DNA of 64,000 bases from an uncultured Actinomycetota bacterium (GTDB taxonomy: Bacteria; Actinomycetota; Actinomycetes; Propionibacteriales; Nocardioidaceae), in NCBI GenBank assembly GCA_963731075.1, contig CAVSUC010000008.1, positions 506 to 64,505 of the forward strand, in the 5' to 3' direction. Every line of letters starts with the position of its first letter. Within the stretch, counting starts at the first letter, position 1. Position numbers and translations under genes: made by a program. The notes below the pieces were generated by a model that saw only the letters and a program-made list of their open reading frames with translations, was not told where the DNA came from and did no database searches. Shown piece by piece: positions 40,346 through 54,720 of this stretch.

Positions 40346-41759
40346 TGGGCTACCGCGACTTCTGGGGCGACGTCCACTACCGCCGCTCACTGGCCAGCCG
40401 CGTCACCCTGCTCACCACGATGGCGGTGGGCATCGCCGTGACCGGGGTCGCCTTCGCGGCGTACGCCACCGTGCGGATGCAGAGCATGGAGAGCATCGAC
40501 CGGTCGCTGCACGCACCGTGCCGTGGCCGCCGCCGACCCCGAGCCGGTTGGCGGCCCTCGAGCGCAACCAGGTCCCCGGCTGGGCCCTGGGCGCGGGAGA
40601 CGTGAAGCTGGTGGTGGTCGACGCCGGCGTCCGCGGCCCGGTGGCCTGGACCGACCGGGCGGCCGCGACGGAGACCGGCGAGACCGAGTTCCGCGTGGCC
40701 GACGGCAAGGAGGACTGGTCGGCCCGGACCGTCTACATCGACGGCGCGCGCTACCGCGCGGTCGCCGTGCCCGTGCAGGACGGCGACGGGCAGGCGCTCG
40801 TCCTCTCCCAGTCGCTGATCTCCACCGACCGGATGCTGGGCCGCCTCGGCCTGGTGATGCTGCTCTTCGGCCTGGCCGGCATGATCAGCGCCGCGCTCGC
40901 CGGCTGGGGCGTGGCGCGCAACGGCCTGCGGCCGGTGCGCCGCCTCACCACCGCGGTCGAGGACATCGCCCGCACCGAGCGGCTCGACCCGATCCCGGTC
41001 GAGGGCCGCGACGAGGTCGCCCGGCTGTCCACCGCCTTCAACGCCATGCTCGCCTCCCTGTCCGCCTCGCAGGCCCGGCAGCGCCAGCTCGTCGCGGACG
41101 CCGGCCACGAGCTGCGGACCCCGCTCACCTCGCTGCGCACCAACCTCGACCTGCTGGCCCAGGCCGACTCCTCCACCCTGCTGTCCGCGGAGTCGCGCAA
41201 GGAGCTGCTGGACGACGTCCGCGGGCAGATCTCCGAGATGACCACGCTGATCGGCGACCTGGTGGAGCTGGCCCGTGACGACCCGTCCGCGGCCCCCGGG
41301 ATCGAGCCGGTCGAGCTGGCGGCCGTCGTCTCGCAGGCCGTCACGCGCGTACGCCGGCGCGCGCCGACCCTCGAGTTCGACGTCCACACCGAGCCGTGGT
41401 GGGTGACCGGTGACTCCGCCGCCCTGGAGCGGGCGATCACCAACCTGCTCGACAACGCCGCCAAGTGGAGCCCCGAGGGCGGGCGGGTCAGCGTCGAGCT
41501 GGCCCAGGGCACGGTGAAGGTCGCCGACCAGGGCCCGGGCATCTCCCCCGAGGACCTGCCGCGCGTCTTCGACCGCTTCTACCGCTCGGCCGAGTCGCGC
41601 ACCATGCCCGGCTCGGGGCTCGGGCTCTCGATCGTCAAGGCCGTCGCGGACCGCCACGGCGGCGAGGCGCGCGCGGGCGGCGGGTCCGAGGGCGGCGCCG
41701 TCTTCTGGTTCCACGTGCCGGGCACGATGGCGCCACCGGAGGTTTTGGCGCGGTCGTAG
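40345..41759 (+). CDS. mprB: HAMP histidine kinase MprB; frameshift(s) at ~40515-40540
   Basis: SLASRVTLL TM1; ADAGHELRTPLTSLRTN H-box, NLLDNAAKWSP, DQGPGI, GSGLGL. Confidence 0.88.
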
Positions 41760-41803
41760 CCAATCCAAAGGTGGCTCTCAGGATCGTTGCGGAGACTGGC
41801 GCC

Positions 41804-43144
41804 ATGGACGAGCAGAACCGCTACCCGAACGAGAACCCCGACGAGAGCGCGTCGCGTGACGAGCACACGCGACCGATCCCGCCCTACCGGCCCGACTACC
41901 AGCCGGAGGCCACCAGCAGCCTCCCGCCCGTGGTCGGGCCCTTCTACGGGAGCACCCAGACGGCGACCGCGCCTCCACCGGCGCCGCCCCGTCGCCGTGG
42001 CGGCCTCACGGCCGCCGTGCTGGTCGGTGCCCTCGTCCTCGGCGGCGCAGCCGGTGTCGGCGGTGCGGCCGCCTTCCACGCCTTCGACGACGACACCGGC
42101 TCCACCACGTCCAACACCTCCGGCGACTTCGAGGCCACCAAGACGGCCACCGTCCCCGACGGGACGGTCGAGAAGGTCGCCAACTCCGTGCTCCCCTCGG
42201 TGGTCAAGGTCAACGTGACCGGCTCCTCCGGCGCGGGCTCCGGCTCGGGCATCGTGCTCAGCAAGGACGGCAAGATCCTGACCAACAACCACGTCGTGGC
42301 CGGCGTCGGCGGCAACGGGTCGATCTCGGTCAACTTCAACGACGGCACCACCAAGAAGGCGACCGTCGTCGGCACCGACCCGATGACCGACATCGCCGTC
42401 ATCGAGGTCACGGGGGCCTCCGACCTCGTCCCGGCCTCGCTCGGCAAGTCCGGCACCCTCAAGGTCGGCCAGACGGTCGTGGCGGTCGGCTCGCCGTACG
42501 GCCTGAACGCCACCGTCACCTCCGGCATCGTCAGCGCCCTCAACCGGCCCGTGTCGGTCTCCACCGCGGAGGAGCCGCAGCAGCAGAACCCGCTCGAGGG
42601 CCAGCAGCAGCAGTCGCCGGGCCAGGACCTGAGCACGACGTACCCCGCGATCCAGACCGACGCGGCCATCAACCCCGGCAACTCCGGTGGCCCGCTGGTC
42701 GACATGTCGGGCCGGGTGATCGGCATCAACTCCTCGATCCGCACCGCCTCCAGCACCTCGAGCGACTCGGGCGGCTCGATCGGTCTGGGCTTCGCGATCC
42801 CCATCGACGAGGTGCTGCCGATCGTCAACCAGATCACCGACGGCGACAAGCCGACCCACGCGCGGCTCGCGGTCTCGGTCTCCGACGTCAGCGGCAACAC
42901 CCTGACCCAGGGCGCGCAGCTCCAGTCGGTCGAGAGCGGCGGCGCCGGGTCGAAGGCGGGCCTGGAGAAGGGTGACGTGATCACGAAGGTCGACGGCCAG
43001 CTGATCGACGGCTCGGAGTCGCTCGTGGCCACGATCCGCGGCCACCGCCCCGGCGAGAAGGTGCAGATCACCTACCTGCGGGGCGGCAGGAGCAGCACCA
43101 CCTCGGCCGACCTCGGTTCGGACGCGAACAACACCGCCTCCTGA
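41804..43144 (+). CDS. pepD: HtrA/PepD membrane serine protease with PDZ
   Basis: TM; ILTNNHVV, TDIAV, QTDAAINPGNSGGPL, C-terminal PDZ; mprAB-pepD synteny. Confidence 0.88.
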   Translation: MDEQNRYPNENPDESASRDEHTRPIPPYRPDYQPEATSSLPPVVGPFYGSTQTATAPPPAPPRRRGGLTAAVLVGALVLGGAAGVGGAAAFHAFDDDTGSTTSNTSGDFEATKTATVPDGTVEKVANSVLPSVVKVNVTGSSGAGSGSGIVLSKDGKILTNNHVVAGVGGNGSISVNFNDGTTKKATVVGTDPMTDIAVIEVTGASDLVPASLGKSGTLKVGQTVVAVGSPYGLNATVTSGIVSALNRPVSVSTAEEPQQQNPLEGQQQQSPGQDLSTTYPAIQTDAAINPGNSGGPLVDMSGRVIGINSSIRTASSTSSDSGGSIGLGFAIPIDEVLPIVNQITDGDKPTHARLAVSVSDVSGNTLTQGAQLQSVESGGAGSKAGLEKGDVITKVDGQLIDGSESLVATIRGHRPGEKVQITYLRGGRSSTTSADLGSDANNTAS

Positions 43145-43362
43145 GCGACGGGCTGCGGGCGACCCCTCCACCGGGTTCGTCCGCGGTCTAGTCCCCAATT
43201 GCGGAACTTCCGGACCCTCCTTGTGGTCCCGGGGCGACGGGATGACGATGTCCGAGATCACGACGCGCGTGCGGGTCACTCGCCTCCGGGGGGCCGATTC
43301 GGGGTGGGGGCCCGCCGCGCGTCAACCATCACCTGGCCCACGCTCCGGCGTGGACCTTCGTG

Positions 43363-45579
43363 CTACTTGAGCACCGACAGGATCGACGAGTAGTCGTCGG
43401 TCCACCGGACCTCGCGCGAGCCGAGCGGAGACCAGTCCGGCCGCGACCGGAGCCTCGCGATCTCGGAGTCGTCCCGGGACAGGGCGACCCAGACGCTCGC
43501 CGCAGCCCCGTCGGGACCGGCCTGCCCGCGGCCGACGGCGGCCGAGAGCCCCAGCCGGTCGGCGGCGCTGGCCAGCACCGGCTGCAGCTCGAACATCCGG
43601 TTGCTGATGTGCACCACGAGCAGGCCGCCGGGCGCGAGCCGGTCGACGTAGGTCCGCATCGCCTCCTCGGTGAGCAGGTGCACCGGGATGGAGTCGGAGC
43701 TGAACGCGTCCAGCAGGATGGTGTCGAACGAGCCGCGAGCGGCCCCGGCGACGCCGAGTCGCCCGTCGCCGGCCACCGTCCTGATCGTCGCGGGGCTGTC
43801 CTCGATGTAGCTGAACAGCGCCGGGTCGCGCGCGATCCGGATGATCTCGGGGTCGATCTCGAAGAAGGTCATCCGCTGGCCGGGCCGGCCGTACGCCGCG
43901 ACGGTGCCGGCCCCCAGGCCGACGACGGCCACGTCCCGGCGGACCGGGCCGTCGAACACGTCACCCAGCGGCCCGGAGCGGGAGTAGTAGGTGGTCGGGA
44001 TGCCGCGACGACCGGCGTCGCGGAACTGGGTCCCGTGCGTCGTGGTGCCGTGCACCAGCTCGTGCTGCTGGCCCTCCTGCATCACGGTGTAGCTGCCGAA
44101 GAAGGTGCGGCTGCGCTCGATCACGCCCTGGTTGTCACCGGCCGCCGCCAGCACGAAGAAGACCACGACCGCGACCGCCATCACCCGCGGGAGGCGGGCC
44201 ATCCACCAGCCGGAGGCGACACCGAGGACCAGCAGCACGAACAGCAGCCCGGCGCTCGGGGGGACCTTCCAGATGACCGTCCGCATCACCACGGGGACGA
44301 GCAGGACCAGCGGCGCGAGCACGAGGACGCGCTTGCTCGGGAGTCGGCCGATCCGGCCGGGGCGGGCACCGGGCTCGATGCCCACGAGGAGCAGGGGCAC
44401 GACGACCAGGGCGATGGAGAACTCGAGCACGCGGTCGAACACCATCGGCGCGACCAGGCCGTTCAGCAGCCCGCCCAGGGCGCCGCCGGTGGCCACCACG
44501 AGGTAGAACCGGGTGAGGTGCTCGGTGGCCGGACGCTCCGCCGCGAGCCGGGCGTGCGACGCGTAGGCCACCAGCGCCAGCATCAGCAGGTTGGCCGCGA
44601 TCGTGAGCGCGACGGCGACGTTGAGGCCGATCGAGGTGACGGCGATCGCGAACGCCGCGGCCACCGCCCACTGGGTCACCCGTCGTGGCGGCACCCGGGA
44701 GGTCCGGCCGAACGCGAGCACGAACGTGGCCAGGTAGATCGCCAGCGGCACGACCCAGAGCAGCGGGATCGCCGCCACGTCGGTGGAGATGTGCGAGGTG
44801 ACGCCGAGCATGAGCGAGGACGGCAGGAAGGCCAGGGCGGTCCAGGTGAGCACCTGGCGACGGCCGGGGCGCGCCGTGACCGGGGCCCGGACCGCTGCCC
44901 GCGCGGGGCCCGTGCGTCCTCGCACCGACAGGGCGCACGTCGCCGTGAGCACGATGAAGACGAAGAAGCCCCCGGACCACCACGCGCGCTGGCTGGCCAG
45001 CGTCAGGTGGGGCTCGATGAGCAGCGGGTAGGCGAGCAGGCCGCCGAAGCTGCCGAGGTTGCTCGCCGCGAACAGGAAGTAGGGGTCGTCGGAGCGGCGG
45101 TGGTCGCCCCAGGAGTACCAGCGCTGCAGGAGCGGCCCGGTCGTCGCGACCACCGCGAACGGCAGCCCGATGACCAGCACCAGGGTGCGCAGCAGCCACA
45201 GCACCGGGGAGGCGTCGGCGGGTGGCGCCGCGTCGGTCGGGATGGCGAGCGGGAGCGCGACCAGTGGCAGGAGCAGGACCACGAGGTGGGCCCGCGGCTG
45301 CCAGGCCGACCCGAGCCGCGAGGTGGACAGGTGGGCGTAGCCGTAGGCCGCGAGCAGCAGCACCTGGAAGAACAGCGAGCTCGTGCTCCACACGGTGGCC
45401 GAGCCGCCGTACGACGGGAGGATCAGCTTGGCGACCAGGGGCTGCACGACGAACAGGAGACCGGCGCCGACGAAGGCGGTGCTGCCGAACAGGACGGCGT
45501 GCGGCCAGCTGGTCCGGGGGCGCGCGACCGCGACCGGTTCGGTCACCGCGGGTGCGGCCACGCTGGTGCTGAGCGCCAC
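43363..45579 (-). CDS. Fused MFS-like/spermidine synthase-like membrane methyltransferase
   Basis: LLFVVQPLVAK..LPSYGG, PYFLFAASNLGS, HGTTTHG, VVGLGAG, EIDP, LDAFSSDSIPVHLLT, WTDDYS. Confidence 0.88.
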   Translation of the reverse strand: MALSTSVAAPAVTEPVAVARPRTSWPHAVLFGSTAFVGAGLLFVVQPLVAKLILPSYGGSATVWSTSSLFFQVLLLAAYGYAHLSTSRLGSAWQPRAHLVVLLLPLVALPLAIPTDAAPPADASPVLWLLRTLVLVIGLPFAVVATTGPLLQRWYSWGDHRRSDDPYFLFAASNLGSFGGLLAYPLLIEPHLTLASQRAWWSGGFFVFIVLTATCALSVRGRTGPARAAVRAPVTARPGRRQVLTWTALAFLPSSLMLGVTSHISTDVAAIPLLWVVPLAIYLATFVLAFGRTSRVPPRRVTQWAVAAAFAIAVTSIGLNVAVALTIAANLLMLALVAYASHARLAAERPATEHLTRFYLVVATGGALGGLLNGLVAPMVFDRVLEFSIALVVVPLLLVGIEPGARPGRIGRLPSKRVLVLAPLVLLVPVVMRTVIWKVPPSAGLLFVLLVLGVASGWWMARLPRVMAVAVVVFFVLAAAGDNQGVIERSRTFFGSYTVMQEGQQHELVHGTTTHGTQFRDAGRRGIPTTYYSRSGPLGDVFDGPVRRDVAVVGLGAGTVAAYGRPGQRMTFFEIDPEIIRIARDPALFSYIEDSPATIRTVAGDGRLGVAGAARGSFDTILLDAFSSDSIPVHLLTEEAMRTYVDRLAPGGLLVVHISNRMFELQPVLASAADRLGLSAAVGRGQAGPDGAAASVWVALSRDDSEIARLRSRPDWSPLGSREVRWTDDYSSILSVLK

Positions 45580-45786
45580 CTGGTTCTCCCCTTGGCTCGG
45601 ATCGGTCTGCCCAAGATACGAAGGATCGGGGCTTACGTCCGGAGAAGTCGGAAACCGCAGCCCGCCACGGGCACGGCTGCGCTGGAACGTCCCGGCGACA
45701 CGACCGGGTGACAGGCCCTGTCGCCGGGCGTAACGTCGATCGGTGCACCGTTCCAGATCGGGGCGGCCTCTCGGGAGAGGGGAGAC

Positions 45787-46398
45787 GTGATGTTCATCCA
45801 GATCATCCAGGGTCGGTGCCACGACACCGACCGCATGCGCCGGCTCAGCGACGAGTGGCGCGAGAGGCTCGCGCCGGGTGCCGAGGGCTGGCTCGGCGGC
45901 ACCTACGGGGTCACCGACGAGGGCGAGTTCGTCGCCGTGGTGCGCTTCGAGTCGCGGGAGGCCGCGACGAGGAACGGCGAGCGGTCCGAGCAGGGCGAGT
46001 GGTGGCAGCAGATGTCGGCGTGCTTCGACGGCGAGGTGACCTTCCACGACTGCGACAACGCGATGTTGTTCCTCGGCGGCGGGTCGGACGAGGCCGGCTT
46101 CGTGCAGATCATCCAGGGTCGGATCAGTGACCCGGAGCGGTTCCGGCACTTCATGGAGGAGCCGATGGACGCCCTCCGGGAGGCGCGGCCCGAGATCCTC
46201 GGCGGCACCATCGCGATGGAGCCCGACGGCTGGTTCACCCAGACCGTCTGCTTCCGCAGCGAGGCCGAGGCACGCGAGGGCGAGACCAAGGAGATGCCCG
46301 CGCAGATGCGCGAACGGTTCGAGGAGGAGATGTCGGCGATGCAGGACGTGAGGTACCTCGACCTGCACCACCCGTGGTTCGAGAGCGCCGGGAGCTGA
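45787..46398 (+). CDS. Hypothetical protein with two tandem ABM-like (alpha+beta) repeats
   Basis: FIQIIQGR...GGTYG...VRFES and FVQIIQGR...GGTIA...VCFRS; GGAG RBS. Confidence 0.75.
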   Translation: MMFIQIIQGRCHDTDRMRRLSDEWRERLAPGAEGWLGGTYGVTDEGEFVAVVRFESREAATRNGERSEQGEWWQQMSACFDGEVTFHDCDNAMLFLGGGSDEAGFVQIIQGRISDPERFRHFMEEPMDALREARPEILGGTIAMEPDGWFTQTVCFRSEAEAREGETKEMPAQMRERFEEEMSAMQDVRYLDLHHPWFESAGS

Positions 46399-50104
<3,706 letters not shown>

Positions 50105-50170
50105 GCCGGGAACGCTACTAGGTCGCCGACCGGGCAGTTCTCCGCGCCCGTGGCTCGCCGACCGGGGCGC

Positions 50171-52306
50171 CTAGGAGGTGAGCGTGACCATCCGCTGGGT
50201 GGCGCGGGTGTAGACGACGTAGAGGGTGGCGCGGCCGGTGGGGGCCTCGTCCTCGATCTCCTGGGGCTGCACGACGACGATGCCGTCGAACTCGAGGCCC
50301 TTGGTGTCCAGCCCGGGGAGTACGACGATGCGCGACTCGGGCGTGCCGGTCTCGTCGGCGAACTCGGGCCACGACGAGACCCAGCGGGTGACCTCACCCA
50401 GCCGCGCGGTGGGTACGACGATCCCGACCGTGCCGGCCAGCGAGCCCGCGAGCTCGGTCAGGTGCGTGTGCACGGCCGACTCGAGGTCGTCGACCCGGAG
50501 CTCGGCGGGCGCGACTCCGGTCGACCGGACCGCGTCGGGGAGGTCGGCGTCCAGGCCCACCCGCTCGGCGTACGCGGCCGCGAAGTCGTAGATCTCCGAG
50601 GAGTTGCGGTAGTTGGTCGACAGGTGGAAGTCGTGACGCGGCTTGTCGCCCAGCGCCTCGGCCCGGGCAGCGGCCGACTCGGCCGGCACCGGCCACGACG
50701 ACTGCGCCAGGTCGCCGACGATCGTCCAGGTGGCGCCGCGACCACGACGGCCGACCATCCGCCACTGCATCGGGGTCAGGTCCTGCGCCTCGTCGACGAG
50801 CACGTGCGCGAAGCCGTCGTCCTCGACCCGGTTGGTCGGCGGGGTCCAGCCGCCGGGGCCGGCGTACTCCCGGTCGGAGGCGGTCCAGAGCTCCTGCAGC
50901 GACGCGTCCTCGGCGCCGAGGTACTCGTCGTCGACCGACCCCGTGTTCACGATCGGAGGGTCGCCCAGCAGGTAGCGCAGCTCGTCGAGCAGGGCCACGT
51001 CGTCGACCGAGAGCGCGTCGCCCCACGACTTCGACAGCAGCCGCACCGACTCGTCGTCGAGCACGCCCTCGCTCACCCGGGCGAGCAGGTCGTTGTCACG
51101 CAGCCAGCCGAGCACGGTGGCGGCATCCAGCACCGGCCACCACGCGGCGGCGAACTCCAGGAAGGAGTCGTCGGTGCGCATCTCCTCGGCGAACTCCTCC
51201 TTGGTGCGGTCGCGGCCGCGCTCGCTGCGGACCTGCCGCCACATCGTGTCGACGAGGGTGGACGCGACGCGGGTGGTGGTGCGGTTGCGCAGCCCCTGCG
51301 ACAGCAGCTGGCGACGCAGGCCGCCGAGCTCGCGCGGGCCGAGCACGATCACGTCGTCGCGGTAGAAGATGCGGAACTCGCGCGGGGCGTCGGGCGCGGC
51401 CTGTCGCGACGTACGCCGGAGCACCTCGGCCATCGCAGCCGATCCCTTGACCTCGGCCACGGCCGGCTCGTCGCGCCGGGTCGCTCGTACGCCGTCGACC
51501 ACCTCGCCGAGCGAGCGCAGCGCGACCGCGGTCTCGCCAAGAGACGGCAGCACCCGCTCGATGTAGCGCATGAACACCCCCGACGGCCCGACGACGAGCA
51601 CGCCGCCGCGCTCGTAGCGGCGCCGGTCGGCGTAGAGCAGGTAGGCGGCGCGGTGCAGCGCGACCACGGTCTTGCCGGTGCCGGGACCGCCGCTGATCGA
51701 CACGACGCCCTTGTTGGGCGCGCGGATCGCGCGGTCCTGCTCGGCCTGGATGGTGGCGACGATCGAGTGCATCGAGCGGTCGCGGGCCTTGGAGAGCTGC
51801 GCGAGCAGGGCCCCCTCCCCCACGATCGGCAGGCTCTCGGCCGCGGGGTCCTCCGAGTCGAGCAGGTCGTCCTCGACCCCGAGGACGTGCACGCCCTTGC
51901 TGCGCAGGATGCGACGGCGTACGACGCCCTGCGGGTCGGCCAGCGTGGCCTGGTAGAACACGGCGGCGGCCGGCGCCCGCCAGTCGATCAGCATCACGTC
52001 GTAGTTCTCGTCGCGCAGGCCGATCCGGCCGATGTAGCGGGGGACGTCGCTCACCTGCGCGCCCATGTCGAGGCGCCCGAAGACGAGCCCCTCGTGGGCC
52101 GCGTCGAGGGTGGCCATCCGGCGCGCCGCCTGGAAGACCATCGCGTCGCGCTCGACCAGGCCGCCCTCGTTGCCGATGCGGCCGCGGGCCAGGCCCTCCT
52201 TCGCCAGCTCCTGGGCGGACAGCGCCGCCTTGTCGAGCTGGGTGTAGACGGTGTCGACGTAGGCCTGCTCGTTGGCCACCTCGGTGGCGGCAACATCACT
52301 GGACAA
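50171..52306 (-). CDS. HelD/UvrD-family SF1 helicase-like ATPase
   Basis: FGRLD, IDWRAP, IVATIQAEQD, GGPGTGKTVVALHR, VDEAQD, GDLAQ, NYRN, KGLEFD, YTRAT. Confidence 0.9.
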   Translation of the reverse strand: MSSDVAATEVANEQAYVDTVYTQLDKAALSAQELAKEGLARGRIGNEGGLVERDAMVFQAARRMATLDAAHEGLVFGRLDMGAQVSDVPRYIGRIGLRDENYDVMLIDWRAPAAAVFYQATLADPQGVVRRRILRSKGVHVLGVEDDLLDSEDPAAESLPIVGEGALLAQLSKARDRSMHSIVATIQAEQDRAIRAPNKGVVSISGGPGTGKTVVALHRAAYLLYADRRRYERGGVLVVGPSGVFMRYIERVLPSLGETAVALRSLGEVVDGVRATRRDEPAVAEVKGSAAMAEVLRRTSRQAAPDAPREFRIFYRDDVIVLGPRELGGLRRQLLSQGLRNRTTTRVASTLVDTMWRQVRSERGRDRTKEEFAEEMRTDDSFLEFAAAWWPVLDAATVLGWLRDNDLLARVSEGVLDDESVRLLSKSWGDALSVDDVALLDELRYLLGDPPIVNTGSVDDEYLGAEDASLQELWTASDREYAGPGGWTPPTNRVEDDGFAHVLVDEAQDLTPMQWRMVGRRGRGATWTIVGDLAQSSWPVPAESAAARAEALGDKPRHDFHLSTNYRNSSEIYDFAAAYAERVGLDADLPDAVRSTGVAPAELRVDDLESAVHTHLTELAGSLAGTVGIVVPTARLGEVTRWVSSWPEFADETGTPESRIVVLPGLDTKGLEFDGIVVVQPQEIEDEAPTGRATLYVVYTRATQRMVTLTS

Positions 52307-52363
52307 GGCCGGAGTCCTTCGTCATGGCGGTCGATCTCGGGGAATCGACTACTTTACCGCCCG

Positions 52364-53800
52364 CTATGCCAGGTCGTGCACGAACTCCCCCAGCTGGGTC
52401 AGGTTGCGGCACTCGACCATCGGGACCAGCCGGCCGTACTCCCGTGCGGCCGAGTCACCGGTGTTCCAGTTGCGCACGTGCTCGGGGTTGAGCCAGAAGC
52501 TGTGCCGGGCGGCGTACACCAGGTCCTTGACGACGGGGAGCGCGAGATCGGTGTGGTTGGAGCGGGCGTCGCCGAGGACCAGCAGGTTGGTCTTGGGGGT
52601 GAGCGCGTCGGGGTGCTGGTCGGCGAAGCGGGTGAACGCGCGGCCGTAGTTGGTGCGGCCCCAGAGCGACGCGTGGCGCGCGCTCGCCGCCAGGTCGCTC
52701 ATCGTCTGCGCCGGGTCGTTGCCGGTCTCGAACCGGTCGGTGACCTCGTGGATCTCGTCGACGAACGTGAACGCCCGCACGCGGTTGAACTGCTCGCGCA
52801 GCGCGAACACCAGCATCAGCGTGAAGCTGGCGAAGTTGGCGACCGAGCCGCTCACGTCGCAGAGCACGACGAGATCGGTGCGACCGGGCCGCCGGGGTCG
52901 GTGGTGCGTCTCCATCGGGACGCCGCCGCTGGACATCGAGGCGCGGACGGTACGCCGGAAGTCGAGCGGTCCGCGGGAGCGGGCGTGCTGCTCCCGGCTG
53001 AGGCGGCTGGCCAGCCGGCGGGCCAGCGGCTGGATCTCGCGCCGCATCAGCTCGAGGTCGGCCCGGCGCGCCGCGGTGAAGTCGACCTGCTCGATGGCGG
53101 GCCGGATGGTGTGTCGGGCCACGTGCTGGGGACCACGGACCTCGGCGGCGCGGCGGCGTACCTCTGCATCGACGCGACGCTCGAACTCCCGGGCCTGCGC
53201 CTCGACCAGCCGCCGGGTCGACGGATCGTCGCCGGTGTCCAGGCCGAGACCCTGCATCACCCGGTCGACGAGCTCGTCGGGCGAGACCCGGTTCATCACG
53301 TTGTACGACGACCAGCGCTGCTCCCCCGGACCGCGCCCCCGGATCAGCCCGAACCGCTGGACAGCCTCCCGGGAGAGCAGCTGCATGACGTCCGGGTCGC
53401 CCATCGCCATCGCCTCGGTCAGCGCATCTCGGAAGTCGGCGAGGGCCTGGGGGCCGTCCGTCAGCTGGTCGGTCGGATCGTCCGGGCCGGATAGTCCGGA
53501 GCGTTCGGACCCTTCTTCGTCCTGTTCCGGGGTCCCTTCGCTCCGGATTATCCGGCTGCCGGCGACGAACCCGTCACCCATGAGCAACGGGAAGTAGAGG
53601 TCGAAGACCTGGTCGAACCCGGGGCGGTGGTTCTGGCGCTTCACCAGGGTCGCGGCGTACGCCGCCCGCAGGGTCTCGCGCTCGTCGATGCCGAGCGCGC
53701 CGATCGCCCGGACGGCGTCCAGCCCTTCGGCGAGCGAGACCGGGAGGCCGGCGACGCGCAGGGCCTCGACGAACTCGATGTGCCGGTCGAGCAGGGTCAC
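52364..53800 (-). CDS. CoxE-like vWA domain protein
   Basis: LDFRRTVRAS, LCDVSGSV, LGDARSN, WLNPE, ECRNLTQL. Confidence 0.88.
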   Translation of the reverse strand: MTLLDRHIEFVEALRVAGLPVSLAEGLDAVRAIGALGIDERETLRAAYAATLVKRQNHRPGFDQVFDLYFPLLMGDGFVAGSRIIRSEGTPEQDEEGSERSGLSGPDDPTDQLTDGPQALADFRDALTEAMAMGDPDVMQLLSREAVQRFGLIRGRGPGEQRWSSYNVMNRVSPDELVDRVMQGLGLDTGDDPSTRRLVEAQAREFERRVDAEVRRRAAEVRGPQHVARHTIRPAIEQVDFTAARRADLELMRREIQPLARRLASRLSREQHARSRGPLDFRRTVRASMSSGGVPMETHHRPRRPGRTDLVVLCDVSGSVANFASFTLMLVFALREQFNRVRAFTFVDEIHEVTDRFETGNDPAQTMSDLAASARHASLWGRTNYGRAFTRFADQHPDALTPKTNLLVLGDARSNHTDLALPVVKDLVYAARHSFWLNPEHVRNWNTGDSAAREYGRLVPMVECRNLTQLGEFVHDLA

Positions 53801-53807
53801 GGCCGGC

Positions 53808-54683
<876 letters not shown>

Positions 54684-54720
54684 CCGCACATTGTGCCCGT
54701 CAGGCCACGGCGTGCACCGC

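Noticed and set aside
45640-45730. c-di-GMP-I riboswitch (GGGACG...GGTTTCCGA on the minus strand)
   Set aside because: Lacks the GNRA tetraloop and the GCAAA elements; too weak to call without a covariance model.
52307-52363. Rifamycin-associated element marking the helicase as HelR
   Set aside because: No match to the RAE palindrome upstream; only a short CAAGGCC overlapping the start codon.
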